Made by a program: the position numbers and the translations under genes. A stretch of DNA of 64,000 nucleotides from Negaprion brevirostris (Eukaryota), in NCBI GenBank assembly GCA_030324005.1, contig JARDVH010000001.1, forward strand, positions 92,254,449 through 92,318,448. Reading direction: 5' to 3'. This document shows positions 1 through 12,580 of this stretch, one piece after another (the first letter of the stretch is position 1; every line of letters starts with the position of its first letter). A model generated the notes under the pieces. The model saw nothing but the letters and a program-made list of their open reading frames with translations, made no database searches and had not been told where the DNA came from.

Positions 1-50
1 CACTGAGGGCCGAAGGGCCTGTACTGTGATGTAATGTTCTATGTTTCTAC
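1..50 (+). mobile_element. CR1-type LINE/SINE 3' tail
   Basis: gggccgaagggcctgtactgtg...gttctatgtttcta, the typical CR1 3' hairpin plus short tail repeat. Confidence 0.6.
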
Positions 51-499
51 TTTCAATTCAGTAAAGACTTCTCATAACTTGATTTCAACACAAGATGCAA
101 CAGAGAGGTGCTCGACACCTGATCGTAAATCCTCGCCCTCCTACGGAGGATTTGGCAAGTCCTCCCCTATCTCTACAGGGTCTACCACAACCTCCATGGC
201 TCTTGGGTCAGTGGTGGCAGATGTGAAAGGATAAACAAGGCAACATCTACTCACCATCATTTACATGTGGCAGGATGATCAGGAATTGTGTAATGTGCAA
301 TTGAGCATGGTGGTGTGGGGGAGGAGGGGGAGGGAGAAGGTGAGTGAGTACATTTAGTTGGGGCGGGGGGAGAAGTCAGACATGATTCCCTCTCCAATTT
401 TCCTCCCCATTCTGCCCAATTTTAGAGGAAATTCCAGTCCAGTCCAAAGCAACTGAAAGAATAGCTTCTTACCTTTACTGGGAAATATGTTCCAAAAAT

Positions 500-1330
500 A
501 ACCATCTGTGGGGAGAGAATAGAGCCAATGTTTCAAGTCCAGGTGACTCTTAGTCAGAGCTGAGAACAAAGAGAATCAGCAAAGATTTGTACAATGAGGG
601 TTGTTGGTGGTGGTGTGGGGTGGGGTGGGACAAAGGGAATGTAAGTGAGGATACAAAAGGCTGAGAAGGTGCAAGAAGTGTCCATTAAGTGATCAGAATG
701 CATAAATGGCAGAACAGGGACACAGATTGTTAAAGGACTACCTGAGGAATACGGCAGTGGCTGTGAGGTTGGGGGGAGGGGGCAAGAAGAACAATTGGAG
801 TGGAGAAGTGAGAAAGAAGGATTTCAGTCTACCTGCAAGCAGGACCAGATCTCCTCGTCGCTTGCCACTTCAACACACCACTCTGTTCTCCTTCTGTATC
901 CTCATTTACATTCCCTTTGTCCCATACGANNNNNNNNNNNNNNNNNNNNNNNNNNNNNNNNNNNNNNNNNNNNNNNNNNNNNNNNNNNNNNNNNNNNNNN
1001 NNNNNNNNNNNNNNNNNNNNNNNNNNNNNNNNNNNNNNNNNNNNNNNNNNNNNNNNNNNNNNNNNNNNNNNNNNNNNNNNNNNNNNNNNNNNNNNNNNNN
1101 NNNNNNNNNNNNNNNNNNNNNNNNNNNNNNNNNNNNNNNNNNNNNNNNNNNNNNNNNNNNNNNNNNNNNNNNNNNNNNNNNNNNNNNNNNNNNNNNNTTT
1201 GTCTAAATCTCTGCTGATTCTCTTTGATCTCAGCTCTGACGAAGAGTCATCTAGACTCGAAGCATTGGCTCTACTCTCTCCCTCCAGATGCTGTGAGACC
1301 TGCTGAGATTTTCCAAGCATTTTCTGTTTG
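500..1330. mobile_element. Penelope-like retroelement remnants as an inverted pair, with degenerate hammerhead motifs
   Basis: 502-594 is the reverse complement of 1198-1293, and 628-660 of 890-923. 839-889 translates AGPDLLVACHFNTPLCS, resembling the C-terminus of a PLE GIY-YIG ORF. CTGACGA-a-GAGTC-atcta-GACTC-GAAG at 1236-1262. Confidence 0.75.
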
Positions 1331-2113
1331 TGAGATGATATAAACCCATGCAAATGAGGTGATCGTACCATCTGTGTTTGAATAGATTGCTCCCTATTCT
1401 TTTGATCAGTTGTGCTCACTATTCAAACATAACCCACTGAAAAACCTACCTTACTGTTTTGGTGGAATCAAATAAATAGGACTGTTGTAAATCTTCCCTG
1501 CAAGCATCATTTAGCATTACAGAAGATAAGGCAAACCTATTCCTCAGTAGGACAAGTCTTTAATTGAAAATACATCTTCATGTAAATTTTCACCCTTTCT
1601 AGCAGAACATCTCATGACATATTTTGACACATTTAGTATGGGTAATGGAATAACTGTGCACAAATCAATAGCTACATAGCTGCAAAAACTGTAGCTGGTT
1701 AATCTTTCCACACAAATAAAAAAGATCTTTATTATCTTAATGATGCATGCAAGTATGAAGCTGCATGTATACTTAACAACTTGATGAATTAATTGGCATT
1801 CTCATGCGAAATTACTAAACTATGCTAATAGAGAGCCCAGCTTCATAATTTATGAGCATGCAGCCGCACTCAGTTTCGACTTTTATTTATCAGTGAAGCT
1901 GGGAGGATGTTTATCTGCTCTGGTGCAGCAGTTTGAGAATGACTTTCTCATTTTCTGTTTCATTGCAATAACATTCTATTAATTCGCAACCAACCGTAGC
2001 AGAACACATTTGTTAAAGAATACTGCAGGTCACTGCACTCTTCAGCAGTGAGCGCACACCCTATGCGGAGCCATCAGGTAAACACATGATATAAACCATT
2101 GAATATTCAATTT

Positions 2114-2399
2114 AAAGTTAATTTATTAGTCACAAGTAGGCTTACATTCACACTGCAATGAATGTGAAAATCCTCTATTCGCCACACTCCGGCGCCTGTT
2201 TGGCTTCACTGAAGGAGAATTTAGCATGCCAATGCACATCTTTGGATTGTGGCAGGAAACTGGAGCATTCGGAGGAAACCCATGCAGACATGGAGGGAAT
2301 GTACAAACTCCACACAGACAGTGACCCAAGCCGGGAATTGAACCCAGGTCCCTGACGCTGTGAGGCAGCAGTGCTAACCACTGTGCCACTGTGTTGCCC
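2114..2399 (-). mobile_element. tRNA-derived V-SINE (HE1-type head, non-CR1 tail)
   Basis: Minus strand has a gtggcacagtggttagcactgctgcctcacagc...gggttcaattccc A/B-box head, the V-domain gggtttcctcc and an A-rich end; shares its tail with 27226-27512. Confidence 0.9.
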
Positions 2400-3804
2400 A
2401 CAACTTGACTGAATTGTGGCTGCACAGAGGCTAAGCAGTGACCACCACGTGCATTGCGCACAGATATTCCACTTTAGGGGAACTTGGAATTCACTTTTAG
2501 TGAGGTGGACTTCCACTTAATAACAGTGATGTATTTCCCAGCCTCAGAGTTATTTCAGTATTTTTGCTAGGCTTCCCGGCTTCCAAAAATAATGGAGAAG
2601 TGCTGCAGGCAGCTCCTTTCTTATCAACTTGAACACAACTGTTCCATTTTTTTTTCAAATTTACTACCTACACAATTGCTTGGCAGTTTAATTTTAAATG
2701 TGCATCCATGGGCCTGAATTTCGTACATTTTCTTATCATTTTAACATGCCCACCTGTCTATGGGCAGAGGTCTGGTGAGTGAACCATTGCCCCTCATGAA
2801 GCAGTGAAGCTGGCAGGAGCAAAGTAAAGTCAGTGAAGCAAGTTCTGAAGCATTTTGCAGCCCACACAGCGTCCAGCTATAACTCCATGGAAAATATACC
2901 CATGTGCATGCAATCTATTCTATAATTATTAATTAGTTATGAACCAAAAAGTCCTCTTGGTCCTGTTTTTTATTGTCAATTAAAATGAATTGCTATTGGT
3001 ACAACAAAAGTCTGAATCTTCAACTGATCAATGGTACACACGCCACCTGGTAATGGTCAAACAGTTAAATGCTTCCAAAAATGCAAGAATGATTCTAAAT
3101 TTGATTTTTTATAGTGCCAAATTCTCCATTCTTGTCTGCAGCTGGGATTCTCCAGTCGCACTGCAGCACATGGAGATTCAGCATCAAATTCTCCAATCAA
3201 GCTACTGGCTACACCAGGGTGTGGGAGACAAGGGAATTCCAGCTGAGATCCAATTTATTTTATTTGCCAAAAAGTCTGAAATTTTATTGTTCTAATTGGA
3301 CCAAAGCTTTAGGAAACATTCAAAAACAATGAAGTCACAAATATGATTATCAAGTTAGAGATGTGGTCTGAAAATAACTCCTTAATATTCTCTTTCGCCG
3401 CAGTAATATCTCATCAGTCCCCGGTTTGGTTTCACATCTCTTTTGCGGATTAATAAAATGAGGCTGACTTTTATGGTTTTAAGTTGCTCAGTACTTAAAT
3501 TCTACCTGTGTAGAATTCCTTTTTAGTTTGATTCTTCAACAATTTCAAGAGAAATATGGATATACATACATTTGGTGTTACTATTAAACTAAAGTTTGTG
3601 AAGATGTAAAAACATTCTACCCCTTTTATAGCTCTACACAAATATTTTATTCATGTTTAAAGTTTACCTTTCCTTCAGAGAGTCACCAGATTCCTCAGTT
3701 GAGGTAAGTTTGAGTTTGTTAATTGTTAATTGCTATATGATGGATTTTTATAACGTGTTCATCAGCATTTGAATAAATTTTTAAAAAAATCAAAATATAC
3801 AAAC

Positions 3805-3902
3805 CAGAAACCATCCTTTTCCCCTTCTTTAAGGTGACAGGTTCCACTATTCTTGCATGGGCTATTAACACAGGCATGAATGGGAACATCACAATCTTGC
3901 CC
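3805..3902 (-). CDS. slit2: Slit2 exon 28 equivalent, 98 nt, EGF repeat 2
   Basis: ccacag|GGG CAA GAT TGT...TTC TG|gtttgt; [32 protein letters not shown](W); missed by the ORF track. Confidence 0.97.
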
Positions 3903-4309
3903 CTGTGGAGTCACAGAATACAGAGCGGTTAATTATACTGTCTTTGTAAGACCGGGTCTATAAAACTGAAGAACAACAGTCCAATAGTTACTACAGGAAT
4001 GGAGCCAAGGTTCTAACTTAGTCATTACATTAGTAGATATGACACAACAGTTCAACATAAACAGTCATTAAAGGATTGGGTATGACAGACAGGGAGCTGC
4101 AATCTATTTCAGTTGTGCCACCAGATTTCCAAGTGAACACACAGTTCTATCTGCTGCATTGATATCTTCAAAATATGTTTTGATTGCAAAAAAAATTAAA
4201 ACTGCACTGGTCATCTCGTAAGATGATAGCTTGTGCCATGATGATTAACTCTATGGTGGCACAGTAGTTAGTCCTGCTGCCTCACAGCGCCAGGGACCTG
4301 GGTTTGTTT

Positions 4310-4716
4310 TAACTCCGAACTGTTCTGCGTGTTTCAAGAGAACTGCAGCATTCAATCAAAGGACTCAATTCCAGTATCATGTGAACATTGGTCTTTGCTG
4401 TGCTAAACCGGTAGAAGGATTTTGTCTAAAAGCAGTTTTTGTTTGATTGGAACATCTTAGTTATATTTGCTAAGGGTTATACATTTTTGTGGTTGTTTTG
4501 TCTTGTTTGTAATTGATGTTATTGCTAATATTCTTATTATACATGTTAAATATATTCTTAAATAAACTTTGTTTGATAAAAGCTCCTTAGTGGGTCATTT
4601 GAATCATACCTGAAGTGAAACATATCATGCTTATCTGAGTCAAATTCAGGGTGCAAAACCTATGATCCAGGTGGGCTTCATAAAACACTGTGGCATTTCT
4701 GACCTGAACCATAACA
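4310..4716 (+). mobile_element. Possible LTR 3' fragment (solo-LTR-like), preceded by a truncated SINE head at 4254-4305
   Basis: T-rich tract, AATAAA at about 4562, ends ...ccataaca just before a CR1 fragment. Confidence 0.4.
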
Positions 4717-4719
4717 CAT

Positions 4720-5500
4720 CCAACTCAATAGCCTGATCCCGATTTGCCCCCATATCCTTTGATCCCCTTTGTTCCTAGTGCTATATGTAACTTCTTCCTA
4801 AATACATACTCTTTTAGCCTCAACTGTTTTCTGTGGTAGTGAATGCCACAGGCTTACCATTCCCTGGATGAAGAAATTTCTCCTCATCTTAGTCCTAAAA
4901 TGTTTACCCCTATCCTAAGACTATGAATGCTGGTTCTGGACCCCCCCCCCCTCCTATCATCAGGACCATCCTTCCTGCATCTATTCTGTCTAGTAATGTT
5001 ACAATTTTATAGATTTCTATGAGATCATTCCCATCGTTATTCTGAACTCCAGCAAGCATTATCCTAACTGACTCAATCTCTCCTCATACATCAGTCCCAC
5101 CATTCCAGGAATTAGTCAGTTATAGCGTCGCCATGCTCCCTCTATAGCAAGAGCATCCTTCCTCAGATGAGGAAAAAAAACTACACACAGCGTTCTAGGT
5201 GTAGCCTCACCAAGACCCTGTATCACTATACCAAGACACACTAGTCNNNNNNNNNNNNNNNNNNNNNNNNNNNNNNNNNNNNNNNNNNNNNNNNNNNNNN
5301 NNNNNNNNNNNNNNNNNNNNNNNNNNNNNNNNNNNNNNNNNNNNNNCTGTATCACTATACCAAGACACACTACTCGAATCCTCTCGCTATGAAGGTCAAC
5401 GTATCATCTGCCTTCTTTCCGTTTGCTGCACCCTGCATGCTTACCTTCAGTGACTGTTGTAAGAGGACACCAGGGTCTCACTGCACATTTCCCATTCCCA
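4720..5500 (-). mobile_element. CR1 LINE 3' ORF2 relic
   Basis: Minus frame includes PHLRKDALAIEGAWRRY, resembling CR1 ORF2 PYLRKDILALEGVQRRF; decayed and gapped. Confidence 0.85.
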
Positions 5501-6914
5501 TCTCTTAATTGTCACACTTCCATCTTAAAATTACCATCATTCTTACGTTTTAAAATCACTATCAACTGCAGCTCTAACAGTATATTATTCCATATTCAAT
5601 CCAGAGAATAGACAGCTGTTAGCTGCCAAGAATTGTCAGGTCAATCCAGCAGGCTTACTTGACCTGGCAGAACAAATGAGATATCAGGGGATGATAGCAT
5701 CNNNNNNNNNNAGCATCTGTGTGACAACATTGAACAGTAATTAACTGATGTCCAGAACTGTCTACTTGACAATACACACTCATGCTTTTCTCCAGCAACA
5801 AGCTGCTATACAGCACCAACACTAGCCAGTTTATTTCCCCGTCAGCCATGATATGATTGAAAATTACGTCCTGGTGTGTACACTACACTGCAGATATATG
5901 GGCACGAAATTCCTTGGGTGAAATTTTAGGTTCAAGAAAGGATCACGTACAGCAGAGAGCTGGAGTATCCCTACTGGAATTTACAGGATCAGTGCAAGAT
6001 TGTGGGTCAAATGGGTGCAATTACCATTTTGGGTCTATCTCTGGAACCTCCTTGCCCTTCAATGCTAGAAAGCCCAATGGCTGCCCATGTCAATGGGAAT
6101 TGCCAAGCCTCTAACTAAACCTTTGCCGTGGTCTTGTGGTCCTCTGCAGCAGTTTTAAGTTTTCATTCCTTCAGGTGTCTAGTCATCCTTCATGCTTGGC
6201 TTGGGCTCCACTAGTGGAGCAAACATAGGCCTCACTCAACATATTGTTCATGGCTACTACACCAGCTGCCTTTCCAAAGTCCAGAGTGGGAACTTCAGCT
6301 TTCAGGGATCCATGGCCTGTTTGTTTCCAACCAACAATCGACTTGAAAGGGGTGCATGGAATTCAACCCTTTACAAAGCAAAGGGGAAGCTTGCAGAAAT
6401 GGTGAAGGTCTAGGGCTGGATTTAGTGGGACACTGTGATTCCTACCCACCTGGAACTTGGTGGGGAGATCACCTATAATCCCGACAGCCACCCCAAAGCC
6501 ATTTAACACTGGAAACAGCATAAATTCTTTGAAGGTGAGATGTCCACATCTTTCAGGGGTCGGAGTCCTAGCACAGGAAGCTGCCAGCCAATCTGATGGC
6601 AGGCAGCTCTGCAGACTCTGATGAAGTTACGGGCAGTTGCACCATGCTGAGGAACCCAGACATGACCGAGGTCAGGGTTTGAGTAGGAAGGTTAGGAAGG
6701 TGGAGAAGCTGTCTCCGAGAGATCAGAGAGGTTAAAGGGTGTGTGGGAGGAGAATGGGGTTTGGGTGTCTGTATGTGCGTGTGGGTGCGTGCGTGTGNNN
6801 NNNNNNNNNNNNNNNNNNNNNNNNNNNNNNNNNNNNNNNNNNNNNNNNNNNNNNNNNNNNNNNNNNNNNNNNNNNNNNNNNNNNNNNNNNNNNNNNNCCA
6901 GCCAGGTATATGTT

Positions 6915-7142
6915 GTAAGGGTAGTGAATCTGTGAATTCTTTACCGCATAGAGCTGTAGAGGTTGGGTCATTAAGTATGTTAAAGGCTAATATAGACAGT
7001 AAAGGAATTAAGGGTTAGGGGGACAAGGCAGGAAAGTGGAGTTGAAGATTATTTCAGATCAGCCATGATCTCATTGAATGGTGGAGCAGACTTGATGGGC
7101 CGAACGGCCTACTTCTGTTCTTACGCCCAATGGTCTTATGGA
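6915..7142 (+). mobile_element. CR1 LINE 3' end
   Basis: agggtagtgaatctgtgaattc...cagccatgatctcattgaatggtggagcagacttgatgggccgaacggcctact; similar to 36590-36850 and 17480-17745. Confidence 0.85.
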
Positions 7143-7600
7143 ATACTGCGGATGCACACAGGGTCCCCGCCCCCCCAAAGGTGACCACCCCTACTCCCCC
7201 TCACTTATCCATCAACAGCCCATAGGGTTAAAGTTGCTGGGCATCCTACACAGTGTCAGCCTCTGTTGCTGTAGGTAAAACACCAGCACTCTTGGGATGA
7301 GGCCTTAAGTAACCATTAATTGGCCACTTAAAAGTTTCAACAGATCGAAGAATGGGAGAGATGGCTGACAGCTTCCTCACCTCTGTAATTTCTTGGACAG
7401 GTTGGGAGCAAGGGGGTAGGTGGGGTGAGCAGGCTGTCTGCTGGAATTTCTAAGCACCCACCTTCCAATCCACTGGCAGTAGAGAGCAAGATCCAACAAT
7501 TTGAAGATGCCATTTTGCAGGATGTTACCGTGGTGTCTCATGAAAGTCAAACTGGCAGAATGCTCCCAGAATTCTAACCTTCTGCATATTATAACATTGG

Positions 7601-7925
7601 GGCACAGTGGTTAGCACTACTACCTCACAGCTCTAGGGACCTGGGTTCAATTCCTGACTTGGGTCACTGTCTGTGTGGAGTTTGCACATTCTCCCCATGT
7701 TTGCGTGGGTTTCCTCCAGATACTCCGGTTTCCTCTCACAGTCCAAAGAAGTGTGATTTTGGTTGTTTGGACATGCTAAATTAACCCTTAGTGTCCCAGG
7801 ATATGATAGGTTAGAGGGATTAGCAGGGTAACTAAGTGGGGGTAGGCCTGGATGGGATTGTTGTCAGTGCAGACTCGATGGGCCAAATGGCCTCGTGCTG
7901 CACTGTAGGGATTCTATGATTCTAT
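7601..7925 (+). mobile_element. HE1-type V-SINE with CR1-derived tail
   Basis: ggcacagtggttagcact...gggttcaattcc head, V-domain, tail gatgggccaaatggcc...gattctatgattctat. Confidence 0.92.
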
Positions 7926-9087
7926 TATTTTCTTGGAAACTGTGGCATTGTTGCCTTTCTTTGTCTTTTTGCCAATGTAATTTCCTCATCCTGATTCAAC
8001 AATACAGTTTATTCACCCACAATAATATCCCCCACTTCATTGTAAAAACACGTGGCTGATTCTGTCATCAACCTTTCCCAGGAAAGATTGCAGGTTGTAG
8101 GCCTGCAGTCTGTGAGTTCCCAAAAATTGAAATTAATTCCCACTGGAGGAACAAAGAGACATGATCCGTGTCTTTAATATTCGTAAGCTATGGTTAACAT
8201 GAATTCAAATATTCCCTTTAATTTAAATCACATATTCCCAGGACAAATGACAAGTACAAAATTAACAAGCTTGCAATGAGACTTTTGATCGTGAGGAATT
8301 ATTTGTCCCTATTGCGTGGTAGATGTTCCTCGGGTTTAAGGCAGAAACAGCTGGATAAATATCTGGCAAAGAATGGGATTGAAGGTTATCACAGAATAAA
8401 TCCTCTGTGGAATTTAATTGTTTCAGCTCCTGCAACCAAGGGAACATCATCTGTAGAACCAGAGATGAATAATGTAATATGTATAAAGTTGAACCAATAT
8501 CTGGATCTTTTGCTCAGCAATCTTCAGGGAGAAATTTAATGAATTTCTTCTTCTTGAAACCTACAAGAGATTAAGTAGGCTAGAGAAGTGATACAACAGA
8601 TCAAAAAGTCTGTGGTATGCTCAGATTTGATGGAATCATTTTTTTTCTCTCACTAAAATAACAAATGTATGTGAAGTCTCTGCTTGTTCTAGGACATGCA
8701 TGCATATGAGTGACAAGTCAGAAACACAAATATTAGTCATTCATCATCCATTAGTTCATAGGCAGCACACAAGATCATGAGTCAACAAAGCCTGAATCTG
8801 TCCTATGTGTAGTTTAAGTGTTTGCAAGTTAAATCACACATGGAACACAATGGCCGGAATCCTCCAGATATTTTTGCCAGCTTCCCATGGCATGCAATCC
8901 ATAGGAAATCCCATTGACAGTGGTGGGACCAGAAGATCCCATCACCAGTGCACAGCCTCCCACCGCGGGGAGGCCAGAGAATTTCCCTCCAGTGACAGTA
9001 ACTCTTCCTAACACATACGGACATGATGATCTACTCGTGATACATCAGAACTGAATTCTTATTATTCTGAGCATGTTCTGAGCATAC

Positions 9088-9212
9088 CTTGAATCCATAA
9101 GGACAGGTGCATCTATAGAAATCCACTGGGTCATTGTTGCAGGTGCCATCATTTTTACACGGGTTAGAAAGACAAGGGTTACACTTGGCTAGAATGTTGA
9201 TGTCAATGGGAC
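9088..9212 (-). CDS. slit2: Slit2 exon 27 equivalent, 125 nt, EGF repeat 1
   Basis: ttcaag|GT CCC ATT...TTC AAG|gtatgc; [41 protein letters not shown]. Confidence 0.98.
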
Positions 9213-10372
9213 CTTGAAAAGTAAAATACCCATGTAAGTCAAGCAATACCTGGGGGGTGACAACAGAACGCGAGGACTTTACATTTACAAAGATCTCAAG
9301 AGACAATCTGTTCCTCATCATTTGTCTGTTTTACAGCACTTTTGGAAAAAGAATGTTGCAATATGACAAAAATGCTAACAGTTATAATTTCAAATGATCT
9401 GAAATCCTTGAATGTTTGATAACTAATACTGGGCAGAAATAAACTGCAAATAACTGACTGCACTTTGGAAATCAACAGATTTCAGTAATCAGCAATGGTA
9501 CACAATGACCAGGATTCCAGCTCTAAATGAAGTAAACAAAAATTAATCTTATTTTAATGGTATTTTAACAAAACCCTTCTTATTTGGCATGCAAGTTTGC
9601 TGCAGAAAACATTTCTGTTTCAACTCCAAAGATGCATTTAACATAGCATTGACAAAGGTACATCATCACACACCACATTAAGATTTTTATAGTAAGGAGA
9701 GAATAATATACTAAATGTAAAATATACAATTTATCAACAATACTATTTAAAAATACAATAGTGACAATTCAACATTCAAAGAAGACGAACATTTATTTCA
9801 CACTCATCTTTCAATTTAGGCTCAAACTCATGCACTATATATTTAAGGTCAGAAGTTGGACTGACAATGCAGAAATTGTATATTCACATCAAATGGATAT
9901 TGGTTATTAAGGAAATAAGTCTGTTTTGAGGGATTACGTGCTTTCTTGGGATCACATTTAAGGAAAGGCAGAAGGTCTGAGTTCAACACCATCCAATATT
10001 ACCAGGGGCGGCTCAGTTCTCTTACCTGGTACCAGAAAACTGCAAGGCCCTGGAATCTCTATAGGCAGGGCATAGGATGTCAAAGGTCACAAGTGAAAAA
10101 TTTAAGAAGTGTTAAATTGCATGCAACCAAGGAAAGTCAAAGGCCAATTAAAAATTACATAAAAGTTTAATCAGAAAGTTAAAACCAAGGCTCCGCATTA
10201 TAAGTATAACCAGTCAACCACAACCAAATAGTTACATGTCAATCAGAACACAGGAGTCAATCTGATAGATAATCTACATTTGCGAATTCTGACTTAATCT
10301 CCACTCCAATACACAGAGACATTTTTTGATGTCCACTCAACCCCATAGTAAAACTAATATTATTGGCATTAC

Positions 10373-10534
10373 ATTGACATTAAAATTTCTTTGAAGNNNN
10401 NNNNNNGGAGCTTATCTGTCATTTCACCAGGTCCAGCACAGCGAGCTATGCCTGGCTCTTTATAGCCCGACTTCACCCAGTCAGATAACCACTGCATGTT
10501 ACAGTCGCAATACAGGGGGTTTGCACCAAGGGCC
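10373..10534 (-). CDS. slit2: Slit2 exon 26 equivalent (LRRCT of D4), interrupted by a 10-N gap and carrying an apparent TAA
   Basis: ttccag|G GCC CTT GGT GCA AAC; [42 protein letters not shown][gap]SKKF*CQ then T|gtaatg; 162 nt assembled versus 164 expected from the protein. Confidence 0.93.
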
Positions 10535-11447
10535 CTGGAAAGATAAAACAAAATTGCTCAATTGCTTTTCTACCCACCAGAATATTGTTCCAACGTTTAC
10601 AATTATTGTGACGCCAGAACTGACGGCAGCATCTGAATTCTGCACCCGTGCAATTAAATATGTAAATCTAAAAGTTGCTGTCATTGATTTGATTCTTTTC
10701 CCAAGGTGAGCTGTTGATGTCCTCCAGGAGGTAATCAATTAAGTATCATTGAAATTACAAGAACTTGTCCTTTATGCTCTAAGTCTTTCTGTAAAAACCG
10801 CTGAAAAGGTTGACCTAGTTGACTATGGTGCAACTGGGTTTTTAATGGAGTAGTAAGCTCATAATTACTGCTAAACAGCCTCATTTTATATTTGTTGACT
10901 GTCAGATTTCCCCATTATGATAAATTCCACATTGTTCACTGGTTGTTAACTTGCTGGTTAGCCGTCTGTGAGAACATGCAGTGTGATTAACTCCTCATAA
11001 CACCACAGTTGCTGGACATCTNNNNNNNNNNATCTGGAAACCCCTTTGACTTGAAAGGAAGAGCCTGCACCATGGAGATCACTATGGGTGGGATTTTACA
11101 GCCTTGCTCGTCTCTAAACTGTAAAATTCTGCCCCAGGTCAATGGACCTTTCCGTGGTCCACTCCTCACCCGTTCTGATTCCCATGATGGGCGGGATGGT
11201 ATATCCTTGTGGTCAGCTTTCTTTGAAGTCAGTGGCAAGTGCCATTGCTTCACTGCTGATCGAAACATTCAGCCCATTAAACAATGAGAAAAATAAGTAC
11301 AAATAAAGCTACTTGTCCCATGTAACTCATCCCTCCATTGAAACCAAGGTCTCCCAGCTCCCCCACTGCTACATCCAAATGCCACAAAAAGGTTTTCAGT
11401 GTTTTGGCTTCTACCACCTCCGTGGAAGAAATGGTATTAACAACGAA

Positions 11448-11758
11448 GAATCATAGGACCGTAGGATCATAGATTCCTACAGTACAGGAGGCCATTCGGC
11501 CCATTGAGTCTGCACCGAGCACGATCCCACCCAAGCTCCACCTTCACATCCCTATGCATTTACTCTAGCTCGACCCCCTGACACTAAGGGATAATTTAGC
11601 ACAGCCAATCCACTTAGCCCCTACATCTTTGGACTGTGGGAGGAAACCGGAGCACTGGGAGGAAACCCACGCAGACTCCGTATAGACAGCAGCCCAAGCT
11701 GGGAAATGAAACTGGGTCCCTGGACCTGTCAGGCAGCAATGCTAACCACTGTGCCGCC
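11448..11758 (-). mobile_element. HE1-type V-SINE
   Basis: Reverse complement of the same SINE as 7601-7925. Confidence 0.9.
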
Positions 11759-12254
11759 AAAGAAGTGGTTCCTTTCCATAACGTGAACTGATATTCCTAG
11801 TCCAATGGTAGTACTGCCTTCTTGAAGCTATGCCCAGATTAGCATTTCATGTAAAAGCTACTCTCTTCAGCTATCGTCATAATGCCCTTCCACATTTGCC
11901 TCCTTTTAAAGCTGCAGATCCCCAGATTTCTATAGTTCAGACTCAAGATGTGACCCAGTCAATATATTGCACAGATTAAACATGACTGACTCTGATGTTA
12001 AACTGCAGATCTGGCAACAATCACCCAATTTTATGACTGCGTGGTCTCTCGAGAGCATTTCTTCTATAGCTGCTACCATATTAAGAGACACTCTGCAATG
12101 TATTTTTGTTACACATTTAAACACCCTTAACTTTGTGTGTGAAATAATTTCACATAAGGGGTGAGATCGATTTTTGAGGTGGTGCAAAACTGTGGACAGC
12201 AAATCAGCATCCTGTTTTAAAGACCTTATTTTCCCTACAGAACGAAAGAAAATA

Positions 12255-12580
12255 AATAGTAGGAGCAGGATTAGGCCGTATGGCCCCTTGGTCCTGCTCT
12301 GCTGGTCAATACGATCATGACTGATCTTCTGCTTAAACTCTTGTTTCCCATCCACTCCCCTCTTACTCTGATTCCCTGAGCCCCCAAAGATCTGTNNNNN
12401 NNNNNAAAAATACTCAATGATACATTCAATGTATTCAACCCATATTTTTCTGCACATAGAAAAATCCAATGATCCATAAACCCATAACTGAAAAAATTTC
12501 TTTTCACCTCAGTCCTAAATGGGCAGCTTCTTATACTGAAATGCTGCCCTCCACTCTAGATTCCTCAGTTAGAGGAAACA
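12255..12580 (-). mobile_element. CR1 LINE 3' end
   Basis: aggagcaggattaggccgtatggcccc...gatcatgactgatc, the reverse complement of the CR1 3' UTR/ORF2 end. Confidence 0.8.

Noticed and set aside
1455-1481. Possible 27-nt phase-compatible micro-exon after exon 28 (cag|TCCTATT...AAACA|gtaagg)
   Set aside because: Weak polypyrimidine tract, peptide unrecognised, and such AG..GT pairs are common by chance
5218-5372. Direct repeat ctgtatcactataccaagacacacta on both sides of a gap
   Set aside because: Identical sequence flanking an N-run indicates unmerged contig overlap, not a TSD or duplication
7601-7660. tRNA genes at SINE heads (also 2330-2399, 27236-27300, 43940-44012)
   Set aside because: A/B boxes belong to tRNA-derived SINEs; no intact cloverleaf
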